A stretch of 63,852 nt of DNA, counting the filler, from Bipalium vagum (lineage: Eukaryota), in NCBI GenBank assembly GCA_037834085.1. It is 3 parts of 3 records of this genome, joined end to end, with 100 filler letters (N's around TTAATTAATTAA, not from the genome) between each part and the next. Parts side by side here need not be neighbours in the genome. Positions count along the whole stretch, not along the records: positions 47,154 to 63,852 come from JBBMKC010097628.1; 2 more parts are not named here. The stretch is one strand, 5' to 3'. The stretch's first letter is position 1, and every line of letters begins with the position of its first letter. A program made the position numbers and the translations under genes. A model generated the notes under the pieces. The model was not told the DNA's origin. It made no database searches and saw only the letters and a list, made by a program, of their open reading frames with translations. This document shows positions 50,901-63,454 of the stretch, one piece after another.

Positions 50901-53900
50901 CTCCACCAATTCGAGTCTCAATATCAACTCGAAAACTCTCTTTATCTTTTCTTCTCCAAATAACTGTTCCTGTTGAACCAATCAGTTGACAGAGAAATGA
51001 ATTCGAACTTAAGGGTCTAATTATAAGTTGAGGAGGAGATATCAAAAGACCTTAATCAGTATTATCTTTTAAAAAGATATTTTAAACTATCTACTTGGTT
51101 TTGGTTTAACTTGAACTGATGCTTGAGCGATGTTTCGTTTTGCATCACAGAAATATGTTCCTGTGTGATACAATCGAGCCGATTTAATAGTCAAAGTTGA
51201 ATTAAGCTGGTTTTGTTGTATCACTACATCAGATGGTATTGTCTCAATCTCTTGAGATGTATTTTTGAAACTCCAAGTAGAAGCATAATCAAAACTATTA
51301 TTACAGATTAGGATCACAGTCGATTCTTCAAAAACTGATATATTTTTTGGAAAGATATTCACGGAAAAGGTTTCTAAAATTATTTTTTAAAAAGGTAAAA
51401 TTAAATTTATCAAAATTCAACAAAATTATATATTGTATGAGGGATGTTTGAAAATTTTTGAAAGATACAAGTTTAATTTTAACAATAAAGCAAAAATATA
51501 TAAGCCATTTTAATATTTCATCTTTAATACTAACATATTTATACTATCATTTCCATGTTTACAGTCATTTATTTAATTATGTATTCTAATTTGGCTTGAC
51601 GATATTACAATACGACATTTTAATACTTCTTTGTCCTAAAATGATTATCCAAAATAGAAATCTATATAAAAATGACCAAATTATTAAAAGGTGCCCTTTC
51701 ATTTTCAAAAGTTCACAGATAAGCTTCAACGTGCTCATACAATGACTGAAAATGATCCATACAGTGGACGCCAAAAATTGCAAAAAGACCCAGAAATCAT
51801 TTTAGAAATCCATGATATGCTGATGGATGATATTGTTTTACATTTCCATAGGGTTTATTTTAATATTATTAGGTTGTTCGGAAATAAATTAGCGTTTTAT
51901 AAAAGGCAAATTTCGATGATTTTATTGTATATAAAATACTTATGAATGGCATCATATGATATTCCACATTGATGTTTAAACGATAAGGATTCATATCCTA
52001 TATTAATTTGTTTTACTGCTTTAAATTAAAGCATATTTTTTCAGTTTTAAAATGTTAACAAACCAGCAAATTAGAACACTATATCTCTACGAATTTAAAT
52101 ATGATATTAATATTTTCTAATTTATATTATTTGTAAAACTGAGCATCGTACAAAACTTGTTTGGTAGTCCACGGTCGGTATGATTCACTAAAGTTTCTTA
52201 AAGTTTTGTCATTGCTTAGAACCTTCTCTCATCTTTCCACCAATTTGTCGAAACCTTTATTCCATAAATTGCTAGATTTGCTCTGAAAGATCCTCTTTCT
52301 GAAAAGTAATACCTTTCATTTGGTTTAACGAGCGCAAAAGATTTAAATCAATTGGCACAAGATCCGAAAAATATGCAGGGTGTGGAAAAACCTCCAAAAA
52401 AAACAAAAACAGCGATTTATTTCAAATCAAAGATATGGTTGTCATTGACACGTGGAAGTTTTTAAATGTCTGTCTCTGCTCTGGCTATGAATTTTTCCAG
52501 ATATTGTGAGTATTAATGATCGTCCTGGCTGCACATTTTTCCATAATTGAATTTATTTCTGCTATTTTAAATCCTAGTTCCCCGAGAATTCGGTAGTTTG
52601 ATGGGATCCACGAACCCCCAGCTCTGATTATAAATGTTCTGATATCATAGTTCAGATTTTTTGATTGAGTCCAACAAAATCTGATATTTTTGCTTGTTTG
52701 CTTCGTCATTGCCCTTGATAGAAATCTCTGATTCAAAGGGGACTTTGACGTCTATAATTAGGTATCTTTTAAGCCTCCTACTCACTAACTTTATATCAGG
52801 AATTAAGGTTTTCCTGAAAAAATTCCTTTCTTTTCAACGCGCATTTCTCATTCTTTTTAAGTGTGGATAACAAATCAACTAAGATATCGCGTACATCATT
52901 GTGGCTTTTTTGTGCCATAGGCATTATGTAGATGCAGCTGCATAAGGCGTCTGAGGCAGTTTCTTCTTTCCCATAGCAATTTCTACAGTTGCCGGCTTTT
53001 TCAATTTTTTATTTGTTGGTAAATCATTAGTCCGATACTTCTGAATAAAGTACCATTCATCTGTACTACACAGATGCTCGTTCTTCAGTTTTTTGTTTAG
53101 GCGATCATTTAGGACAATTGTTTTTGCCAGTATTCCTGCGCTGCACAAGTTAGCCAAATTCTCAAACATCTTTCCCCGATTTCCTCATGAAAGAACGGAC
53201 ATAGCAGGTGAGTTGCGAATTTGTCAAAGATTGTGATTTTATTTCTAGCTTTGATGATTGTAATGATTCCGCTGCAGTTGTTCAGTTGAAAGGCTATATT
53301 GATATTGTGGTACTTATCAAAATAATGTATAGCCATGCTAATTTTGGACCACCAGGATCTTTGTAGGGCCTCATTGCGTGCTTTGTTTAACCAGCCCATT
53401 TCTGTCGTCGTCGCGTTTGACTGAGATTTTAAGAAATTCAAGGCTAGATTCAACATTTGCTTATCTGAGGTTTTCAGCATCCGATGAGCTTGTATGATCG
53501 ACTGGGTTATATATTCATCAAATGTTGATATACAACCCAATCCACAATATTCTACTGGACAGTATAAATATCCGATTGGAGACGACGATGAATGCGAAAG
53601 TAATTCTCGTATATGTTTACTAAAAATGAAATCTAGTCCATAATGTGTACTTTCACTCTTGGTCGTAGTTTCAGAGTAATTTAAATATGATATGGCTGTC
53701 TTATAGTTGCGGAAGGCAAAGATCAGTTTCAGATGAAGGAAAGTTTTATAGGCTTTTACTGCCTGCCAGGGATATAGCCAATTTTTGCGTATTTTGCGCA
53801 TCAGATTCGTCACTGATTCATAGGTATGACGATATTCTTTCCACAGGTCTGGCATCTTTCGTTCAAGAATTATTGACTTCAAGAGATGTTCGTAGACTAA

Positions 53901-56900
53901 AGTCGAATTTTTTTCCAGCTTGTTTGATTATTGGAGCAATCAAGGACGACCAGTTAGGCGGTTCTGGGATTGTCGATTTTTTCTTGAAGTCTGCCTTTAT
54001 GTTATCAAGACAAGTCTTAATTTCTGGCTCATCGATGTTTCGTATAATCTCCATCGCTCGTTTCATGTTTTTGTTGAACATTACTTTGAGATTTGATGGT
54101 TTATAGTTCCGTGTAAGCCTAAGGTTAGGCTTATATGCTTTACACGGACATCAATTCATTATGAATTGATTTATGATCCATATTTTGCTTTTTATTGGCA
54201 TCGCTAGATTTTTGGTTAACAACCATGTAATTCTCTGACTGCTGTTTTCTGCTGCTCATAGTTCAAGGTTATATGATTGATTATCTGGATGTTAGGCTTA
54301 ATATTCCGCAACGTGTCTACAGAAGAGGCTCTATTTTCATTTAAGTTTTTGCGGAACATTTTCCCAGAACGTCATGTTTGGTTTCCAGTAATTGGGATGA
54401 GGGGTGATTTCTCTTACCAATTTTTTGAATTTCTTCAATTTCTCCTTTTACTCTCAGCCCGTCCTACTGATTTTCATCTTTTATTTAATGTTTCATTACT
54501 TTCAACTGATATCTGCAATGGTTTGACCCGTTTTATGGTTTTCCTTGGTGTTAAGGTAGGAGCAGTGAATAGATCCTGGCTCATTTGGCTGGTTGAAGGA
54601 ACCAGAACTTGTTGCTTCGAGGCATCCAGTGATTCGAGCAGATGGTCTTCTTCACCTATGATACTATTGTTGACTCCGTTTACCTGATTATTGTTTTGTG
54701 AGTATGTTGTGAATTTCGTTGGAGAAAAGGGTATGAAGTTTTTCTTTGCGTTCTTGTAGGCAAGATGGTCTTCGAAGTTTTGCCCGTTATCTATCGTGAT
54801 ATTTACAGCCTTGTACTTTCCGTTTCTTCCTTTGTCAACGTCAAATCTGACTTTAAGGACAGTTTTCAATCCAATATTTCTGTTAGGGATCCTGCAGTTA
54901 ATACCTGTTTTATGACAAGATATTGTGGAGTTGTTTTCTATTTTGATAAAAGCGTAATTACTCTTTTCTCTACTATTCACTATGGTTACTACAACGTTTC
55001 ATTGGATGATGTTCATCTTTTTACTTCTTTCGGTTGCAGCTTGATGGGCTGCAATTCTCTCAGCATAGCTTTGTTTAGGCATTTGCAGTTTACGTTTTCC
55101 TTCTGATGACTTTTCGATGTTTTTTTCTTTTTTCCTAACTCGTTGTCGTAATTATTTGGTTGGCGATTAATGCTTCTCTTTCTGCTCCGTTTTTGTGCAC
55201 CTTCTTTTTCCTTGTTGTTTCCATTCTGATCCGTCCCTTCGACATAACTTCGTCAAGCTCTTGGAGGGTGGTTTTGGTAATATTTGCTGTATGTGGCCTG
55301 ACGTTATTATGGAGAAGAATCACTTTGGCTCGTTTATACTGGTATTAATAATATTTTTACTCGACGCAATTGGTTTATGTACAATAGCTTTTTGACTGTC
55401 TTGCATTTTGAGACCACTTCTCATCCCAATTCCACCAAACACAGATCATAATTTTTTTATGCAATTCTGTTTTAATTTTGTGGCTCCTGTGCAATCAGGA
55501 GCCACCCACACCTTCCCGTTTTTTTACAGACACCATTTTTCATCTCCTGTTATGATTCGATGAAGAAAACACTCTTTGTGGCCGCGTGTTCTCGGTGTTT
55601 GGCAAGATTTTGAGCAGAAATTGTTAAACGACTTTCTCTGAGTCGATATGATACACAGGAACCAACTTTTTTACAATAACCAATTGATTTTAGATGGCGG
55701 AAGACTCTCAATGGATTGCTGTCCATTTTTTGTGAAAATTCCCTGCATGTTTGACAACCCTTCTCTTCCTACAGTTTGATCAATTGATTAATATCAATTG
55801 GACGATTGGATGGACGACCGATATCTGGCGTGTATTTAAGGTCAAATATGCCATTTTCAAATTTGTTATAACAATATTTAGCAGTTGTTCAGACCAGAAC
55901 AGTATTTCCGTACACACTGCAAATTTCCTTGACAACTTCTGCTACTTTGTTATCGCGATTAAAATAAAATAATAATAATAGGTGTCGAAAATGGAGCTTT
56001 TGATCAATTTGGCATTTTATTTCAAACCTGTGGATTTTTAAAATAATTAAACAATATTTCAAAATACTTTAACTTTGTTAATAATTAAAATAGATTTCCA
56101 ATAAATGTATTTTGTATTAAAAAAAACTGTAATACACTAAATTCACGAAAAATTGTTACAACCTAATACATTTATCGGTTTAAAACTCGATTATTTTCTT
56201 ACCAGCCTCATGTGTTTCAGATATATTTATTAATACGTAACATTCACTGTATCATTTTCAACATGAAATAAATAATGTATACGAAATATTTTAATATAAA
56301 CATCGTTCTATAATGATGTTAAAGAAAATTTCGAATATAACGTAATTATTAAATAAAAACATTTTTAATTTTTTCCTTTTAATCAGTTTTACTGTTTTGA
56401 TTTACAAAAAATTCAGAATTTGATCTAAGATTTGGGAATTAATTATTATAATATTTGATCACATTTTCATTCATTTTGAAAACCAATTTTATTTAATGTT
56501 TCTGCTTTGGATATTTATGAGGATATATATTAACATGTGTTTTGTAAAGGGGTAACTGAAAATATGAAATATATTAGTTATAATTCTTTGACTTGTAGTT
56601 TACTCTTGGAATCTTTTCAACGGATCTTTATTTTAATGTAATATGAAGATCAATCTATTTATACCTTAATTCAAATAAAAGTTGTAAACAAAAGAATTCC
56701 ATAAAATTATGAAAGCACAAAATTTGTACAAATCAAAATTCAAAAGCTAACTTTTCGCCATTTCTCGAGAATTAAACAATACTTTATTTGAGTACTGAAA
56801 TTTTGGATCACTTCGGTCCGTTATCTGGCTGAAAAATTCGTCAGTAATCAAGTCTGGCGTAAATATCTCCTTATAAAAATATCTTCCTTGATTCAATAAT

Positions 56901-59038
56901 ACTGATCCCAAAGGGTATTCCCAGATTACTCTTCTTGTCAATAAAGACCCAGTATTGCTGTTGTAAATTAAACTGTCTCCAAGAGTGTGAAACGGTAAAT
57001 TAGTGCCTTGAACATTTTCTCTTGTAAGTGAAGCTAAACAATATATATTACTTAAATAATTTTGCAAAATATTTTGATTGAGTAATACAATAAAAAATAT
57101 TAATTTATGAAAATTATAATACCATAGTAATATATTTTGATATTTAATATCACTAATTTGACATTTTGAAAAGAAATTAATTTTAAGCAATGTTTGGTAC
57201 AAGTTTTTTAGGTTTCATTGTGGAGATCAATAAATCAGACTCCCACCCTACTTTATACTTTATTTTAATAAAATCTTATTGAAAATAGACAAAAGAAAAT
57301 AGTATAAAATTAAATATTGATAATAGTTTTTTGATGAAATTAAAACCAATTTATTTTTATATTTTTTCCCATTTATAATAGTTTGAATTATTTAATAACA
57401 TTTAATATATATAATTTCTCCTTAAGAATGTCGATCACTAATTTGAAAATATAGAATATATTGATTTATTGTAATTTAATAAACTATTTTTAGAGATTAA
57501 ATACTTTTAATCAGACAGTCTTTATGAAAAATACTTACCATATGTAACTGTCGGAAGCTTGACAACAATTTTCTTTACCTTTAAAATGCCATTTTCAATA
57601 GTAGATGATAAACCGCAAAAATATGGCCCGAAATCGGATGACTGAATGGAATCTATTGACAATGTGCTTTTGGTATTATTTAATTGTAATAAATCTGGTC
57701 CGAACCACAAAAAACTTTCAGTTGCATTTTCAATTTGACAATTCAGTTTGAGAGGATCGTTTAGATTTGCGTCAACTATATCTGTCGAGGTCCAGGAATA
57801 ATGCAATTTTTGAATATCTAAAAATATCATCAGTCACTAGAAAACTTATCTAATTCATGTATTTCTTGTTAAATATCTTGTTATTTCAAAATTTTCTTAA
57901 TCATTTATACTATCTAAATACAACTGAGTAATCAGCGTATTTTCCCGGAAGATCACCTATTCCATGTTGAATTTGGCCAAGAACCAATCAAAAAGATTTC
58001 AACAGTGGTTACTGATCCAGGTAAAGACTGTGTCAGTATGGATGTGAAATAAAGACAATTGATAAATTACAAGACGAGAGAAGTGTAAAAAAATTGTACT
58101 AATAGACGATTATATAGAAATGGCATACACAGCTGAGGCTCATGTATTAATCCTTCATGCTCGTTTTGAATGTTAAAGTTATAAAATGACAACGGGGGTT
58201 GCTCCCTCTATTGAATACATAGTCAATTTTATTGCAAACTTGAATAAAAAATATACCCAAAGCAAATTTTCAGACTTAAAATTTCCTACACTGTTGAATA
58301 GCAAACTGATCTAAAATTTATTTAGTTATGCGTAACATTTAAACTATAATGTTGCCTATAACTACACACATTTTAGAAAATTTTACTATTTCAATTTTGA
58401 AAACATTTTAACTCTGGAAATTGAACTGAAATCCATGAAGATTAGTTAAATGAAGATTAGATTAGTCTAAAATAAAGTGAATAAATTTTTTAGTGTTTTA
58501 TCCGTATTAGAATTTTACAATTTTTAAATAAAAAATATCAATTTTGTATTGAGTATTACTTTAACAAAAAAAAATTTTTTTTTACTTTTAAAGAAAAATT
58601 CTTTTCATCATAAAAAAATAATTTTTGTTTAACTAAATCAAGATTATCAAAATAATATAATTTTGCATTTAAAACAAACCGACCTTTATATTTCTCATCC
58701 TTGTCCAAATAAAATGTTGCAATTTCTTCTTTTTTATTTAATGTATGAACAACTGAACATTGATATGTTTGAATTGACGTTTCTTGAGTGAGATCAATGA
58801 TGATATGGTCTTTAGCATCACCGTAATTTAAAAGTTGAACGGCTGAATTTTCTTTTATTATTGAAAAATTTATTTCATCATCTAGCGACAATGCCAATGG
58901 GCATCGTAACATGAGATGTGAAGGCAATGGTTTGCTTTTGTCGAACGTATACGTTCGAAATTTTTCAATTCCACTAACGTAAATTACCAATGTAACTGAT
59001 AACAGAATACAGTAAATTGGATGTAACCCAAAATTCAT
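47950..59038 (-). CDS. HSPG2: Perlecan (HSPG2/trol/unc-52)-like gene, apparently truncated at the start of domain III (~766 aa)
   Basis: Phase-consistent GT-AG exon chain: 59038-58684 (signal+Ig-like), 57817-57539 (Ig), 57033-56752, 51373-51095 (Ig), 51050-50827 (Ig), 50748-50598, 50547-50413, 50363-50238 (three LDLa), 50193-49894 (Ig with perlecan-typical GIPTTAINWRFNWG), 48205-48081 (laminin-EGF start CLKCFCSNVTDDCTS), 47994-47950 (stop). The 56752-to-51373 join and the last exon are least certain. Confidence 0.8.
48240..49432 (-). mobile_element. DD37D/maT-like Tc1-mariner remnant in perlecan intron
   Basis: Terminus revcomp TAGGGTGTC; LHFKPYVSRLVQLLTKDD and ARCYDLDLC...WGF (degenerate RSPDLTP.DF.LWG). 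Confidence 0.65.
51440..51960 (+). mobile_element. mariner 5' remnant
   Basis: TATGAGGGATGTTTGAAA terminus-like sequence; LQRAHTMTENDPYSGR...EIHDMLMDD. Confidence 0.5.
52150..55255 (-). mobile_element. RLE-clade (NeSL/Utopia/R2-like) non-LTR retrotransposon with RT core deleted and an N-terminal cold-shock-like domain
   Basis: Pre-RT MFNKNMKRAMEII; thumb IRKNWLYPWQAVKAYKTF and GLGC; zinc knuckle CRNCYGKEETASDALCSC followed by SHND; IPDI...IIDVK.PFE endonuclease; C-terminal GGSWIPSNYRILGELG. No YADD-type core found. Confidence 0.8.
55256..56166 (-). mobile_element. mariner element truncated by the RLE retrotransposon
   Basis: Terminus TA-TTAGGTTGTAACAATTT (also at 38956+); KKVGSCVSYRL, RIITGDEKWCL, ILLHNNVRPHTANITKTTLQEL, then an abrupt switch to retroelement sequence. 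Confidence 0.75.
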
Positions 59039-61043
59039 GGATAAATTCTGCAATTACCACAAGGCACAAAGCATAAAGGAAATTTGTAAGAATCAAGACG
59101 AATGCTGATGTTTTTATATTGTATTTCGCTCACTACTGCAATGGCATCGAAACCACGTGACGGTAGCGAATGCATTGCAAATTGTTAACTAATCGCATGG
59201 TGGCTCCCCGAAATGTGTGTGTCTGATTTGGGCTGACGTTTGGCCTTATCGATTTTTCCTTATGATTAATGAATTCGATGTTTATTCTTTCATGCATTGG
59301 ACCACTGGTCTAATATGGTGGGCCTTTTTATTACTTTGGGTTTTGCGCAAATTCTTATCGAACCACATACCCAGCCGATTAGAAATGGAAACTACCGTTG
59401 AAATAAATTTACAGGGAAAACCCCGAGATTGATGATAATATCAAATCGAAGCTAGCAAAGCGCATATTTGAAAGGAATTGTGACAGTGTAAACAATTCGG
59501 GTTATGCTGCAGGACATTTGACAGATTTTATTCTTTTTCTACTAGACGGCTTTAGTCATGTAATAATCTGGTCTTGTGAAAATCAGTTTGTAATCTTAAA
59601 TTCGTAGGAAAATGAATAAATTACATAGACGACTTAATAAATTGTGGAATCAGTTCATCGTTACTTTAAATCCGATAAAGAAAATCAACACAGTTTGAGC
59701 AAAGGCAATAAAAGTTTTAAATTAGTTAGAACGAAATATCTGAAATAACCGTATTTAACTTATTTTATTTTACTCCCGGGTTCCTTGAAAAACGTTAAGT
59801 TATGTTTTCAGAGTAAATATCAAAAATTGAAAATTATTTGTTGTTATTGGCTACAAGTTAGAATATTATTTGTTGAACTTGTTCTTAAAATGAAAAATGA
59901 TGAACGTTTTTCATATTTCAGCTTTCAGACTTTTGTACATCAATAATTATTTTTGTAGGAGAAAGTCAGTTGAAAATAGTCTTCAAAAAACTGTCTACTA
60001 ATGTTAAGGCTGAATTTCGATTTCTCAACGAACCCTCCGAACATTGGTATTTAATTCGGCTTTACAATATTGACAGACTGTTCTTTGCACTTTTTTGAAA
60101 TACGTTATACGAAGAATAACCAATACTGACTGTTAATTTTGTTACTACTATACTTAGACGTAGTAACGTGTGCTCGTCTGCTCGTAACTCCTCACTTTAT
60201 AAATCGTTATGTCCATAATTCCTCTCAACCATTCCGAATTTAAAACACCCTCCACAATACTGTATCCGCACTCTTAAGAACTAATTCAAAATACTTAAAA
60301 TAAAACTTTATTTGCAACAATTACAACATCGAACTCAATTCAAATCAAAACTGAAATTGTATCAACGAATAAAATAAAATCAAGTTCAATGACAGCTTTA
60401 ATACTAAAGAAAAATCAAATCAATAATTAAAATCAAATAACAAAAAAAATAAATAAATGGATCGGTCTCACCAAGAGCGACAAGGGGTCACCATCTAGGC
60501 CCTTCTCAGGTCGCCTATGGGTTCCCAAGCTCGCTGGGTCCCCTTGTAAAAATCCGGCTGCATAGTCGAGGAAAATAATTACCTGGATCGTCCTCGGCCA
60601 ATATCCTGGTCTCGTCTTCTGCGAGAATAGCCTTACAACGTTTTCGGTCAAAAAATCTTCTTGGAATCGTCTTCGGCGCAAATATTCTTGAACTGAATTT
60701 TCTCTTTGTTTTTCTTTTGGAGGCTCGGTCATTAACGGGAATAGCCGTCTCCTTTTATAGTCGTAGAGATTGATCTACGATCACCAATCCCTACGCTCTG
60801 AAACGGCTATTTTCCCTAATAGTCCTTTAGCCTAATCTAACGAAAAATCCCCACAACAAGATGTTGTCATTAAAAATTTTATAAAAAAAATATTTNNNNN
60901 NNNNNNNNNNNNNNNNNNNNNNNNNNNNNNNNNNNNNNNNNNNNNNNNNNNNNNNNNNNNNNNNNNNNNNNNNNNNNNNNNNNNNNNNNNNNNNNNNNNN
61001 NNNNNNNNNNNNNNNNNNNNNNNNNNNNNNNNNNNNNNNNNNN

Positions 61044-62340
61044 CAATTTATATTAATAATTCCGAGTAGTGGAATTATCTAATTTTCGATTCAGGTCTCA
61101 AGATTCCTCTTAACAAAAATTTTATAAGAATAATGTTGCTTTCCCATCCTTGTAAATTTTTCCTAAACAAATTCCTTAATGTTATAATCCTAAAATTCTA
61201 TTCTAAATTGTCTAAGCAAATCGTTCTAAATTTTGTCTAATCATTAATACTCCTATAATTTTAATTTAGTAAAGAAATTAATGAAATAGAAAATGTTTTA
61301 TTTATTATGTTCATTAGGTTTTTGACTATGCAAATTAAAACAAACAAAACTAAATCATATCAAATTAAACTTTATTTTGTAATACAATGATTAAGAAATA
61401 AAAATAAATAAAAAATATAATTTATATTAATAAACTATTAATTCAATTAAATTTATCAAACTTTGATTTGTGAATTTTTTAACAATAATGAATAATTTAT
61501 GTGACCTGTAATGATAGATTGATTAAAATAATATGAAATTTTATGTTAAATATCAAGCTGTTATCATAATCCCACAATGACATCTAACACTATTAAATGT
61601 GGTAGCATCTATAATAACTGGTGCTTTATATCTAACATAATAAGTGAATTTCTAAATAAATTAAATTTTAATTTCAATTAATTCAAAGTGATTCTTATAA
61701 ATAAATATCATAGCACCACCTATAAAAATTATTAATTTAATTAGATACCAGAAAAAAATTGAGGATTTTCAAGTTAAGACTGCATGGTAAATATTTCAAG
61801 ACGATAAAAATAAACTAAAATAAAAAGTCTCTGTGAAAAATAAATCAATTTCATGAGTGACAGAAAATAAAATGTTATCTAAGGAACTCTGGCTGAAAAT
61901 GTATACAGACTTCATAATTATATCAGGATAAAGTAATTATTTATTATTAAGAATTTTAATTTTTACATTAAAAAATAATTAAATTTATAGAACTTGATAA
62001 AGAAATGATAGGCTGAAATTAAAAGTAAGAAAAAAAATACATTAATAATAAAATATTTAATCATCCTGTTATTCATTATTCTGGTACGTGATAAGCATAT
62101 ACAATCAAAATGAAAACCAACCATAATTTTTGTGACTAATTTTAAGTGATACTTCTTTAAGAGAAAATAAGCTTCATAATTAAAAACCCATTGAATTACT
62201 AATCTATTTTATCTAAACAAACTTAAAGCCCAGTCATTATTAGATTATAGTAGAAATTAAAGTAATATTTAAAAAATTTATTTTATTTAAACATTTCTGC
62301 CTTGTCATTAATTACAAAAAAAATTATATTAATTACAAAA
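61044..62340. other. Probable degraded mitochondrial-derived segment (NUMT-like)
   Basis: With TGA=Trp the minus strand ~61690-61880 reads ...LTWKSSIFFWYLIKLMIFMGGAMMFIY (ND6-like); ND3-like VFNYEAYFLL and VFILIVYAYH..WMTGWLN at ~62050-62190; extreme AT content. Confidence 0.45.
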
Positions 62341-62349
62341 AAATTAAAT

Positions 62350-62645
62350 TTGTACATTTCTCCATCAGTCATAACTGTACATTTACCATGGCATACTTAT
62401 AATTATTGATTACCTCTCATAGCATTCCAGCGAAAACTCATTGATCTGGTAATAACATGGGTGTTACCAACTCAGGGTTACTAATTGTTCTAGAAAACTT
62501 TGTCCTCAACAATTCCCGATTAACTTTAAAATCATTCCCCGAGAGTGTAAGACATATCTCTCCTATGATTCGCTAATTACTTTTTCTACTATTGTATCAC
62601 AATTGTCGATATCCATCAGAGATTAATTCTCTCCTCTCCCTCTGC
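62350..62645 (-). mobile_element. Tc1-like 5' remnant
   Basis: KVNRELLRTKFSRT..NP and YQINEFSLECYER resemble the Tc1 DNA-binding/linker region; degraded. Confidence 0.35.
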
Positions 62646-62743
62646 TGAAAAATGTGAAAACTTTGAACTTTGATAGGCTCAACTAGAACTCATTCGACTG
62701 AGTAAAAAAGATAATTATATTTATTTCATTCATCTCTCTTTAC

Positions 62744-62874
62744 CTTCACTTTGTCTATTAATTAATGGAGCATCGGGAGCTTGGATTACGGACCCAGCTC
62801 GAACGCACTGGACTAAGAGCAGCCATCTCTTTTCATACATCTGATCAATAATGAATTGGTGATAGCCCCTAATC
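62744..62874 (-). pseudogene. Isolated putative exon of an unidentified gene
   Basis: TTTCAG acceptor and GTAAAG donor bracket a GC-richer open frame IRGYHQFIIDQMYEKRWLLLVQCVRAGSVIQAPDAPLINRQSE; the next putative exon has an in-frame TGA. Confidence 0.35.
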
Positions 62875-62999
62875 CTGAAATAATAAAGAAAAATAAATAT
62901 TTTATTTTATGTTAACCATATGGGTAATTATAATATTTTTAAATATTATTACGATTATTTATATATTATGATGCAATTGCTTCTACCAACCAATGACAA

Positions 63000-63454
63000 A
63001 ACCAAAACTGCACTTATCGAAAAACTTATCATAAGTATCAATAACATTGTCTCCACCAGAAATGGTATATTTTCATCAATATATTTCTTGTGCCTTTTCT
63101 TATACTGTTACAGGGTCTTCTAAAAGAAGCTTTACTATTATACTGCAATATATGCGATCTTATCATTGGTTGTCTTCAAGTGATCCAATACCACACACTT
63201 CAAAGAAACCCTTACATCCAAAAAATTGTGTCGGGTCAACAGTCGACATTACTCATTATGAATTCTTGGAAAGTGGTCAAACCATCACCGCAGTGATCTA
63301 TTGTGATCAGGTTGAGCGAATAGAAGCAGAACTTATCCAGAAACAACATTTTTTTGATCAATCAAAAAAACTTCCTGTGGAGACTACGACCAAATTCAAC
63401 CAATCTAATAGAATCATAACCATCTGTTCCGTCAGTCCCAATCCCTCCAAGTGA
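63000..63454 (+). mobile_element. mariner transposase fragment
   Basis: WLSSSDPIPHTSKKPLHPK...ITHYEFLESGQTITAVIYCDQV is typical of the mariner catalytic region. Confidence 0.7.

Noticed and set aside
55135-55323. Apparent mariner-retroelement fusion ORF
   Set aside because: Short read-through across an insertion junction between decayed elements; no sign of a maintained fusion.
53687-55395. Long plus-strand ORFs (53687, 54277, 54765, 55160, 55195)
   Set aside because: Antisense shadows of the minus-strand retrotransposon and mariner; no independent motifs.
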